Of a stretch of 64,000 nt of DNA, positions 29,601 to 40,992 are shown one piece after another. The notes beneath the pieces are model-generated. The model saw only the letters and a list, made by a program, of their open reading frames with translations, was not told the origin of the DNA and ran no database searches. The position numbers were made by a program, and so were the translations under genes. Numbering within the stretch: position 1 is the first letter of the stretch; the number at the start of each line of letters is the position of its first letter. Origin of the DNA: Trichosphaerium sp. ATCC 40318 (Eukaryota > Protista > Tubulinea); NCBI GenBank assembly GCA_038496445.1, contig JALMLS010000123.1, positions 21,165-85,164 on the forward strand, in the 5' to 3' direction.

Positions 29601-31066
29601 AACTGTTTAGATTGTCTAATGTTGAACCTACTGAGGATCCTGCTCCTGAGAATACCGTTATTAGTGAAGATTCAAGTGATACTAAAGAAGTTGATGTGCA
29701 ATCAAAAGATGGCAATGCAGAAGAGCTGGTTCGTCTGCGTGAAGTAGTTAATGCGTCCGAGGATGCTATGGTTCAAATGATGGCTGATAATCAAGAATTA
29801 CAAGAAGAACTTGAAGTATGCCTTTTCTTTCTCAAATTGAAGTACAGTATTGCTTACTTTTTGTAGCTTAGACGTGCAGCAGAAGATGAAAATAATAATA
29901 TCATTGACGGTCTTAAGAGTGAGCTTGCTGAAGTTGAAGTATGTCCATATTTGTACATTGTTTTACTTACAAATGCTTTGAAGGAAACTCTTGATACAAA
30001 GGTTGAAGAGTTTGAAAGTATTGTATTGTATATGTATGCTCAACGAGAAGAAATGCAAGCTAAAATAGCTACATTGAGTTCTGCACCACATACTCAACGT
30101 ACTGTGGGGAGTACTGAAGGTTCTGGATCTCATAGAGACCCTACTCAGTCTGGAAAGGGTGTAAACTCTACCAGTGGCACTGAAGGAGAGCCTAAAGATG
30201 CTAGCGACGTTGTAGCTGATAAAGAAGACACTAAGTCTTCATTACCTGAAGAAAAGGTTGCAGCGACATCAAGTGACAGTGTTCCTGAGGAACCTGTGGC
30301 ACTTGATACAAACGGCACTGAAACTAAAGGTGCTGAAGAAGCTAAAGTTTCTGAGGCTCACATTGAAGAACTTAATGCTTTAAAAGCATTGCTAGAGCAA
30401 CGAGAGAAAGAACTTAAACGAGCAACACAAGTACTTGATGGTACGCCTTTGTTTTGGTCAGCTGAGGTGATTTTATTAACGTGTGCTAGAAAATGGATTA
30501 TCTGTTGGATTGTATTACAGCGACAACGATGTACGGGTGGCTTTTTTCTTAACTTTTTTTGACTTTTCTCAGGAGCCGCTTCAAGTGGTTGATGCTCCAC
30601 CACCTCCTCCTATGATGCCGGTAGCTCCTGCTATGCCTGCTATACCTACATCAGCTTTAAAGCTAGGAGCGACACAACTAAGATCAGATGGTAGTTTGTC
30701 TAGTGTGGATGACAATGGTAATGATGTCGAAGAATCAGAAGATTTTAGGTAAGAGCCTTTCAACTATTTTAACTTTTGGTGCTAATACTGTTGTTTAGGT
30801 CTAATCTTCAATCGCTCATTGCTGGTATCCAACTAAAACATGCTAATGATCGCGTATTGGCGCCTAAACGAGAAGAAAACTTAGATATTGCTGATGCTTT
30901 GACTTCTGCTCTTCAGAGACGTTTCAAAGCTATGAATATTGGTGATATTGAAGAATTGGATGATTTAACTGATGACGAATCTTCTTCTGATGAAGACTAC
31001 TTTGAAGATGATTCTGAAGAATCTGATGATGAGAATATTTTTGTGGAACAATTTTTGAGTTTCTAA
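26700..31066 (+). CDS. Large protein: two ubiquitin-like domains, low-complexity/coiled-coil middle, poly-Pro, C-terminal WH2-central-acidic (VCA-like) tail
   Basis: Exons join in frame by hand; tail PPPPPMMP...LIAGIQLKHA...IADALTSALQRRFKAM...DDESSSDEDYFEDDSEESDDE. Confidence 0.7.
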
Positions 31067-31667
31067 GAAGTGAGGATAGTAAACGAAAGCTCTCAACTTA
31101 ATTTAATGTTGTCAGTGTAAGTGTAAAATAAAAAAATTCACGCTGTGATAAAATCTCGTTTCCCTTGACACCTACTCATTCAACTAGCAAATATTACTTC
31201 TAACTAGCCATGTAAGAAGTTGTAGCTAATACTATAGTCATGTACTTTTATTTGTTAAATAAGTCCGAGCGGAGCTGTACTTTATTTTTCACTAAAATTT
31301 TTACGGCATTTGGGAATATTATGATAAGGTATTGGAACTAAAGCGGTGACGAAATGGCGCCCTAAACGCTTCTGTTAGCAACCTAGCCTATTACAGAGTC
31401 TCAGTTTGGTCTTTGCTTTGATGTATCTGTGGAAGAAATATTTCCCCGAGAGATGGTCACCTTCCTTAAGCCACCTCACCTACAATGTCCCTGTTCCGAA
31501 AAAAAGAAAATAAATACAATGTTTTAAATTCACATGCTCACCAGAAGTAATACTCACAACGCTCTCTGAAAACGCGGCACAAAGATATAGAGACAATATG
31601 ATGCCTATAAAAGAAAAAAAAACTGTTTAAGGCGTTCCAAGGCTAAGGACTGTAGCCACTTCTCACC

Positions 31668-33110
31668 ATGAGTGTCTTGGCAACGACTCTGTCAAAGCGC
31701 TGTATCCTCATAACACTTTTCACATTATTTGTCCCATATCATTGTGTCAACTATGCAGACGCAAAAGAAGCGTGCGAAACTATGTGCGCGTATCACGTGA
31801 TTGAATAAGTATTAACTTTAATTTATGTCAGGGGCCAAATCATTGTTAGAACCTCAAACGTGGTTAGTTTCAACCTGTTTAAAGAGCAAGTAAATAAAAC
31901 TGCTACGAGAATATGGCTTGGCGCTGAACGTATTGGAGGACCCGACTACCCAGAAATGTCATGTGCGAGCTGTTTTGGTGAAGGCGACTGTGATTTATGT
32001 CGTGAAGCTTTCTCTTATATAGTTTGGCTACCAGATAATGTACCAATGCTATCAACCGATTTATTTATAAATGGTGCTCAAGGAAACCTGTCATTGTTTC
32101 TTTCAAAGTATTTTACTGGAACTGGCCCTAGCTTTTCTCATGAGGGCAAAGAAGAGAGGTGCATTCAAATGAACGAAAGGGGTATGAGTATACTACTTCA
32201 TTTTTTTCTTACCTTAGTTTCACAAGGACTAAATGATGTATTCTGTGGCAACTCGATAGGAGTGGAATGTGAGGATTATGAGCCAATCCCAACTCAAGCT
32301 CCAACAGGCCCGCCCACGAATCCGCCTACAGAGGGACCTACAAAAGCCCCTTCCGAGGCACCTACGGCCGCTCCAACAAGTGCGCCCACAAATCCGCCTA
32401 CTGCGGGACCTACAAATGCCCCTTCCACCCCGCCCACCGACGAACCTGTAGCAATTAATAGCACAATAGAGTTGAGTGGCATTGTATCGGTTATAGGAAA
32501 AGTGTTAGAGATAAACGGTGCGTGATTTTTATGCTTTGTATTTCAAATTTGAATTCGTTTCTTAGTATTGTAGGAAACTTAGTGCTTACGGAAAACACAA
32601 TCTTATCAGTTAATTCAAACTCATCAATTTCCGTCCTTGGATGCCCAGTTTTCAATAAAGATACGGTGATAGATGTTACAGAAGTTAATGTGAGTATTAA
32701 ATCAAACGCGTATTACAACACAAAGCTTATAATTTTATAAGCAAACAACTGAAATTGAATTGATTACATTTTCTGTAAGTTGCTTGATTAACTTACAAAA
32801 CGTCACAATTTCAGATCCAAACGCTTGCTTCAGCTCACGTACGTAGAAGTTTTTACATGCGTACCACGTCTAACACTTAAATTGAGGTGTTCCTGGAAAG
32901 TTATTAATACTGTTTGGAGAACCATGTTTGTTTAAAGAGACTGATGACAATACTTTGATAATTATAGGTGTAATACTCGGGTGTGTATTTATCTTGGGGG
33001 TTGTCTCGTTACTTGCAATACTGGCAGTACCATCATGGCGTAACGCTGTTTGTCCTTACCATTGCATAACGATATTCGAAAACAAATCTGACCTTGAGCT
33101 TTCAGAATAG
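31668..33110 (+). CDS. Single-pass membrane protein with C-type lectin-like domain and Pro/Thr mucin stalk
   Basis: Signal peptide; YADAKEACE, IWLGAE, ERCIQM...LNDVFC...CE; PTxAPT repeats; TM IIIGVILGCVFILGVVSLLAILAV. Confidence 0.8.
32288..32440 (+). repeat. Degenerate 12-bp coding tandem repeat (PTxA/PTxP tetrapeptides)
   Basis: PTQAPTGPPTNPPTEGPTKAPSEAPTAAPTSAPTNPPTAGPTNAPSTPPT. Confidence 0.9.
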
Positions 33111-33254
33111 ACACGTGACACGTGACTTTTACAGGAACACTTTCTTTACTTTGCAACATATTTGATTTGTGTTTGATTCAGCAGACTTGCAGCAATGGGC
33201 ACTTGTATATTTACTGTACTGCTTTTCATAAAAAATATATGTAATTAGAGCCTG

Positions 33255-33485
33255 TACCTAACTCTGAGTGCGCGCGTGAGCTGTGCTCCCATAGGTTCAG
33301 TCTGTAAGGTACGTCGTAGATATAGGTTAAAAGAATACTACAGATTTCTTTACGATTATGCGCTACCCATAAACTCTGCGCATTGTCTACCAGCTGGCCT
33401 ACTTGAGTTGTTGGGAGCTGTGCACGTGGCCATTAATGACCGAACCTATGTGAGTACAGTTTTCTAGCGCACAAAGAGTTAGGTA
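33255..33485 (+). ncRNA. Candidate structured RNA / long fold-back (pri-miRNA-like)
   Basis: Nested inverted repeats: 33255-33265/33475-33485 (11 bp perfect), 33268-33273/33467-33472, 33281-33302/33438-33459 (19 WC + 1 GU + 2 mismatches). Intergenic. Confidence 0.5.
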
Positions 33486-33636
33486 TTTCCATGAATGACG
33501 AACTGTGTCAAATTACAGTGTTTATTATTTTTGTTTTTCGTAAGTACACAACTTTGACAACAAACAAAGGTGTCAAAATTGTTGGTGGGCTGCCAGAACA
33601 TGAATTAAAAAAGTTTCATGATTTGCTTATTGGCTT

Positions 33637-36600
33637 TTAACCCCAGAACGTTGAACGCTTCTTCTTAACAGCTCTGCTTGATTTAGAGCGCGGTACAGAT
33701 TTACCCTTGCTTAAACTTGGACTACGACGTGATCTACGCATGTAAGTGGCTATTGCTTTAGCAATACGTGGTCGTGGGTTTTCTTTATCCTTTGCAAGAT
33801 CTAGAGGATACACAGGTACTTTTCCCGCCTAAAAATGCGAATAGTTAGTACACATTAAAACTACATGCTCGATGAAATATGTTAAAAAACCAAAACCGTA
33901 GGGTAAAAGTGAGAAAAAAGAAGGATTTTTTGTCAAGTAAGTTTTTTTTGGTGTTTGTTTCTTGAAGACAAATAGGGCTTGCGTCGATCTTTTGTCTGTT
34001 TGTTTTTTTTGAAAGTATCATTTTATAAGTTCTTCGTTATTGACTTGTTTTGTTACCTGTATGACATCAACTTGTTGTCCAATAAGAACATTTACAATCT
34101 CAATAGAACCGCCTAAAACGGCCCAATGTAATGGAGTCCACTCCAAGCGACCATCAATCCTGTTTATATCCGCACCAGCTTCAATTAACAATTTAACAAC
34201 ATGGAAATTACCAATTAGACAAGCAGCATGAATAGGAGGAAACTCATTATCATCGACGTCACCCTATGAGAAAAGTCAGAGTCAATAAAAGTATTATCTG
34301 ACGTTTTTTTCTTCTTGGCCTTTTTAGGAGGGTCGTGCTCCATTAAATGGAGTCTATCAAATAAAAACGTACTCTTTCTACATCAACACCATGGTCAATA
34401 AGACATTGTACCATTGCTACAGAGTCTTGTTTCTCTAACTGTTCAATAGCAATCAACAAAGGTGTTTGACCCAAAATATCAGTTGTTCGAAGTTTTGCGC
34501 CATGTTTTATCATTATACGAACTGCGTCGGTGCTAAAGGTAAGAAAATAAGTTAGCACACTAAAAGAGATAAATGATATGGTAGGTACCTTCCCCACAAG
34601 ACAGCGAAATGAAGAGGTGGAATAGCAAAGGCAGTTGTGTTTAAGTTTTCTTTGTTGTTTGACAACATCTTTTCAAGAGCTAGTGGGTTGCTATCTTTTA
34701 ATGTTGACCAAAACTGTCTGTCTTCATCAGTTACAACAATAACTTGTTGTGTTTTATATCTATAATCTGCAGACTTTCTACGTTCTCTACCTTCAGTCTG
34801 AACACTTAAGTGTTCAAGTTTCTTAAGTTGTCTATTCTCGTTTGCTAGCTCCAAGTTCTTTGCTTCGAGGTCTTTGTACTTTAACAGCGCTTCTTGTACC
34901 AGCTCTGTTACTTGTACTTCCTCTTTACCTTCTGAAAGTAGTAGCTTGAACTTCAACTCTTCCACTAGGTCGAACGAGTCAGAGACAGAAAAAGATCAAG
35001 ATTTTCATTTTTAAAGAAATGTACCTTCAAATTGTAGAGAAGAGTTTGTCTTTCTTAAACTAGCTAATTCTTTCGAATGAGCATCTGATAACTGTTGGTA
35101 TCTATCTCTTAGAGTTTCTGTAAACTGTGAAATCTCTGCAGCTTTCTTTTTTACACGCATTGTGACAAGTGAATCCAACTCCTCTTGTGATATTGTAATA
35201 CCATCTTTATTATTGTTATCCTCCTAAAAAACAATCAGCCAAAAAACGAAAAAACGGTCAAAGCTCCGGTATGTATATGATTAAAGTACGTACATGTGGT
35301 GCAATTAAGGTTCTTGAAATGGTTTTACCGTCCTCAGAAAACAAAGAGTCAAAAGTACCTCTTCTCTGAAAATTCTAGGGCAAGAGTAAATGTGATGATA
35401 ATAGGATCTTTAACTTACCACACTTCTACCACCGCTTCTCTCATGAGGAGAGGATGGCGTTGATCGTCCTCTCTGCTGTTTAAGCTGTGATTTTGCTAAC
35501 GCATGAGCACGTTTAATGCATTCTAGTTCAGCGATGACTGTTGCTAATTGCTCATCTTTTGTTTTAATAGTGAACTCTAACAAAGCATTTCTTTCCTTTA
35601 ATGATGCATTGTCGAGGTCAGGCAGTTCGCTTGTTAATTTCTCTATCTCCTGAAGTTGTCTTTGTAGTGCCGTGTTATCCGTGGGCGCCGCTATGGTAAT
35701 CGAAGGTACACTACTCTGGCTTGGTGAAGTTGAAATTTCAGTAGAGCTCTTCAAGTCTTGTATCTAATTTTTTTTTCGTTAACTTTCTTTCAAACAGTGT
35801 TTAGTTTGTACCTTCTTTGAGAGCTCTTTGGTCTTTGCTACCTCCTTATCATATAAAGATTTAAGTTCTTTGTAATCAGTATATACATCATCAGCACTGA
35901 TTGCTATAGCTGGTACAGGTGAAGCAGTAGTTTGACTGTTTTGAAGAGATTCTTCCAAGCTTTTGATTTTATCTTCAAGAGCTTTAACAACGCCTTCATG
36001 GTTAGCAGCCTCAGCTGCCTCAATCTGCTTAGCCTTTTCAGTTTCTAGAGACTCCTCAAGTGATTTGACTTGCATCTGAAGTGATGTCACATTTGCTTCA
36101 GCTTCAGAAGACTTAGCTTCTTCTTTAGCAAGAGATTCTCGAAGCTGATCAAGTTCAGTTTCTGTTTCATTGTTTACAGCTTCCTTAGCCTTTTCTTCTT
36201 CAAGAGATGCCTTTAATTGATTTATCGTTTCTTCTAGGCTAGATTTAAGTTCTTCAGATTCTGACTTGGTTTTCTGAAGCTCAGAAATAGTTTCTTCTTG
36301 AACAGTGTGTTTTTCTTTTAATTCTTTAATCTCATTAGTAAGCTCTAAGAACTTCTCCTCCTGTGAAGTTATTTTATCCTTTTCAGCTTGTAGTTGCTCT
36401 TCAAGTGTTAGAATAGACTGTTCGGCTTCCTTTTCTTTTGTTGTGTGGGCTTCAAGCTTTGTTTCCATGTCGTCCTTGATTGTTTTTAATTGCTCTTCAA
36501 GCGTTAGTATAGATTGCTCGGCTTCCTTTTCTTTCGTTGTGTGAGCTTCAATATTCGTTTCTAAGTCCTCCTTTACAGACTTAAGTTCTTCATTAATCTT

Positions 36601-39600
36601 TACTATCTCTGAACTTTTTGAAGCAATTTCTTTCTTGTACTCATCGACGTTTTCGTCTTGTAGTTTATCCTTTATGGCTGCATACTTAACTTGAAGCTCA
36701 GTAAGTTGAGTTTCAAATGCATCACGTTGGGCTTTTATGTTACTAACATCACGTGCTTCCATCTTGAGCTTTCTAAGCATTTTTCTATCCAAGAGGTCAG
36801 CATCGTATCTTTGCATACAATGTACCTGGCTAGTTTCCCTCTCCACATCGTTTGAGCCCAGAGAGCTCCTCTTTGAAGAGATTTAAAGTATTTATGTCCT
36901 ACTGAACCACGAATATATTTCTGTAGAACAGTGGCATGATGCTCTAAGTAACAAGTTAATATTGTTTTCCAATCAAAAATAAAAAGCTCCAAAAAGCGTT
37001 CAACTCACCTTTCTTTTTGTGCCAGAACTGTCTTCGAGCGATTTCAGCACGCAAAGCTATTACTATGTTAGCTATACGTCATAATAAAGAATTAGCTTAC
37101 CAGACTGGATAGTGACAACATCATAATGATCTGACAAGTATTTTGATCTACATAAATACATCCTTGCTACACGTTGTAATCGTGTAGCAGCACATGTTTC
37201 TCTCACTGCTTTTACGATAGCTTTTGCTTTAATCATGCGCCAAACTAAATTGTTATTAAATACACAACATTGACAAGAAGCATTCAAAGAAAAGGCAATC
37301 AAAAAAAGAAAAAAAGGGGCACGCACATGCTTGCATTTTGATGATTGCTTTACGCATTATAGCATACTTTTTAACAGCTTGAGATCTTTTGAAATGTTTC
37401 TGTATAGTAACAGCAGCATTGACACGTTTACGTCTTCTGAATTCCTCAAGATTTGCAAGAACGCCAACTTTTAGAAACAACTTTGTAACTCCAAATTGAA
37501 TTAACTTTTCTTCAATCTTTAAATGCTCAACAAGTCTTTCTGCAGCTTTTTTATAATCCCCATTAGGCTTGAATAGTTTTTTAGCTGGTAAGAGCATATT
37601 ATATCGTTCCCAAAAGTCAGAATATTTCTTTCTACTTGGAAATCCTGCTCGACAGATTCTTATTGCTTCCATAACACCTCCACACCGAAGTTGTTGTAAT
37701 ACCATTGACTTCCAAAACATCTCTGGGACCTTCTCCTCGTTCGGTTTTATACATCTAACATAGTGGGGTTTTGTACTACTAATTATACCCATAAGTTCAG
37801 CAAGAGACTCCTGTACAAGATTGTTAACAAATGGACAGCTATCCGCAAATGATTTTCGACACGTGCCTTAAACTGAGTTCCAATACTAATAAAGGTTGTT
37901 CCAGAGCCTGACTGAGATTTATTTCCTCTAGGAGATGCGGAACGTCCTCTTCGTTTTGGAGGTGCACTAAAAAATGTTAAAGGGTTTTTAAAAGTAGTTC
38001 AGAAATGTCTACCTCAGCCCACCCCTCTTTGTCTTACGTGGAGCTCTCCCTTTTGACTTTGGAGGTTCAAAAACCTCAGCCAGAAAAGCGTTAGAGGATG
38101 CACGTATGGTATGAAGCTGTTCAACGATGACAAAATCATTATTCTTCTCCAAGAAACCAGTTGCATTGTATTTGATTTTACCGGCATAATGTAGTATTTT
38201 AAATTCAATTTCTGATGTCTTCACAGTTTGAAAGAATGGATTACGCCCGCTTGCGCGTACCAGCTTCCTAACATAGTGTGATTTACTCTAAAAAGAATAT
38301 GTGGTAACTTACCGGCAGTATTGCTCATCAGAGCCACCAGGAAATTGACATTCTTCATCAAGTACAGATAGAATACCATTACGCTTTTCTATTAGATCTA
38401 AGCAAGGTTGATTGTCCTTAAAATCAATATACTCCCAGCTTATTTTTTCTTTTTTGTAAGCTGCTTGTTCAAGTTTGAACACGTGCTATGATAAAAAAAT
38501 TATACATCACGTGATACATAGAAAAAAAAGAAAAAAACGTACCTGATTAAATTGTTGTTGAAGTTTTTCATTTGCCTTTTGGATAAGTTAGTTGAGTGCG
38601 AAGAAATTAGTTTGGATAAATGGTACATACGTAGTTAATACAAAATTGTTCAAAACTGTTATACTCAAACGACTCAAACCCGTAGATATCAAGTACACCA
38701 ATAAATGCTTTCATTTTCTTTGTATTATCGATAGATACGTTAATACGATTAACAAGCCTTAATAAAAAGTTGGAATCATGCAATATGCAATCGTTTGTAG
38801 TACCATGTAAACACACGTGAATATATCAACATAGCCATAGAATCACGAGCTTGCTCAGCTTCTACTACTTGCAATGGTACTTCATAAAACTCTGAGCTAT
38901 TCTTTGAGCCTATTAAACGGTCAGCTACGCCTTAACACTCTTGGTAAAAAATATAATCATTGCACCTTTGACAGTAAGTTTTTTTGTCAACAAAGTTGAT
39001 AAGGCTGCATCTATATTAAGACCAAGGAGATTACACGATATGTCTAATGCTTTTACGCCCTAATACCTTAATAAGCAAAATAAGGAAGTAACAATCACGT
39101 ACTTCTTCATCAACGCCAGCTTTGGTGTCTCCACCTTCTGCCTCATCTTCGATAAATGTGATATTACCCAAAAATAATACACCGATAAGAACTCTGATTA
39201 TAACATTAGTTGACGTGTCAACGTAGTTTTATTGTACCTCCAAATTAGTACTTGCTCATCTTTGCTTATACCAACAGTAGCCAAAGCTTGAAGAGTCTCT
39301 TCAAAAACCTCAGCATCATCAACGTCCTCAATTACTGGGTCTGATTGAGCTAGGTAAAAGAAATCTTCTGCCTCTAGATCTGTCAAGCCTAATTCCTCTC
39401 GGACATCATCTTCAAGCCCAGCAAGAAGCTATTCAGTAATTAGAGCGTGATGTACTAAATACAACCGTACTTGGTAGAAAATATGATAATTTCTTTCACT
39501 TTCAGATTGACGAACAAGTCTAGATTTCTCAAGGAGATAAGTCCATATCTTAGCTCCGATAATGACACCTGCTTCATTGAATTGCACTTCAATAAATTTA

Positions 39601-40700
39601 CCAAACCGACTCGAATTATCGTTACGCGTTGTTTTAGCGTTACCGAAAGCCTACATTACATTAATTAGTAAATAGATTCCATTTTACAGACACGAAAATC
39701 AATACAGCTTTCAAATACTTTGGCATTTGTTTTATGACGCACCTCAAGTACAGGAGTGCTCGCTAGCACCTTATCCTCGATTGATTTTTGATCAGTAACA
39801 TGATCAGGATTCATAGCGGCAAAGTATTGGAGAATAAACTAGATAAAGGGGTAAGAAATTGCTATCTTACCATTTTTTTTTTGTATACCTTCGTTGTTTC
39901 AGTCTTTCCCGCGCCTGATTCACCACTAACTAATACTGACTGGTTTTCGCCTTTACATAACTGTCAGTATCCAGTAACAAAGACAAAAAATTATGAAATG
40001 ATTGAGTGAACATTCTCTGATTCACTTCGAAAATGGTGATGCTACTGAGCTAGTCCAGCATTACACGTACCGAAATCTACCATGGAGCGATATGCGTTCT
40101 CTGCTAGAGAGTATACATGAGGTTCTAGTTGATCTCGGTCAGCACCAACGAAACTCTTTATTATATCAGGGGAATAAATAGGTAAACGCTTGTATGGGTT
40201 CACCTACGCGTGGTGAGTTGAATAGCGAGCGTAAACTTTTAGCGTACAGCAACAAGAATTGTTCCTGAGAAAGTATAAATCTCATTTCTCTTGTAACGGT
40301 ACCCCAAGTTATGTAATACGCCTGGTTCGTGCTTGATAAAGTTAGAAGAGTTTCATTCAAAAAAAACGTTACCAATAATGACAAGTTTGTCAAATCAGCT
40401 ACTCCTTGTAGTATTGAGGGATTACACATCCAGACCTCACCGCTAGGTACGGATTTTTCCTTTTTAGATAAGCCTTGATTTTTAATGTGGTATTCTACGC
40501 TGTACCTCCTCCCCGTCATCTGTATCTATTGATACAACCGTCGTTGTAGCGTTTCTTGATTTTACGATGCCACTAATGTAAAATTCCTCCTGGTCCGTCA
40601 CCCAAACCTGGTTTTCAGTTTTAGTTTCTGTTTTGAACAACGAATGTTCTCAAAAACTTACTTTTGTTCCAACGCCTATTTCTTCATCTGTTGTAGCCAT
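33637..40700 (-). CDS. Unconventional myosin (class V/XI-like head, IQ neck, long coiled coil, C-terminal ankyrin repeats)
   Basis: [55 protein letters not shown]; IQxxxRG motifs; ankyrin [31 protein letters not shown]. Confidence 0.93.
36395..36550 (-). repeat. 84-bp (28-aa) direct duplication in the myosin coiled coil
   Basis: [21 protein letters not shown] occurs twice, 28 residues (four heptads) apart. Confidence 0.85.
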
Positions 40701-40992
40701 TTTAGTAGCCTCACGCCGTACAAACGCAACAGTAGTATACTAACTGCGTTTATGGTAGTACGCGTTACCAATTGTCCTAGCGATTGAACGATTGAACGCA
40801 AGTGTGTTATACCGTAATTATGTAGCACAAATACCAAAGCGGAATTTTATCCTTCCTCGTACTTAATGTAACGGAGCATTAAGCAACCCATCATCCCGAC
40901 TATTGCGTGAAGATACAGGTTCACGAGTGTGCGTACATCACGTGTGGGGTAATTGGTGTCGATTTGTCAAAACCAATACTTGATCACCTGTA

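Noticed and set aside
31330-31500. Possible second structured RNA (TTGGAAC/GTTCCGA, GGTGAC/GTCACC, TCTGT/ACAGA stems; CCCTAAAC telomere-template-like octamer)
   Set aside because: Stems are only 5-7 bp, no RNase P/MRP, snRNA or telomerase consensus could be completed, and the octamer is too short to mean anything alone.
33250-33485. SRP (7SL) RNA identity for the fold-back, suggested by GCCTGTA and the long stem
   Set aside because: No helix-8 CAGG-GNRA-AGCA motif or GNRA loops on either strand.
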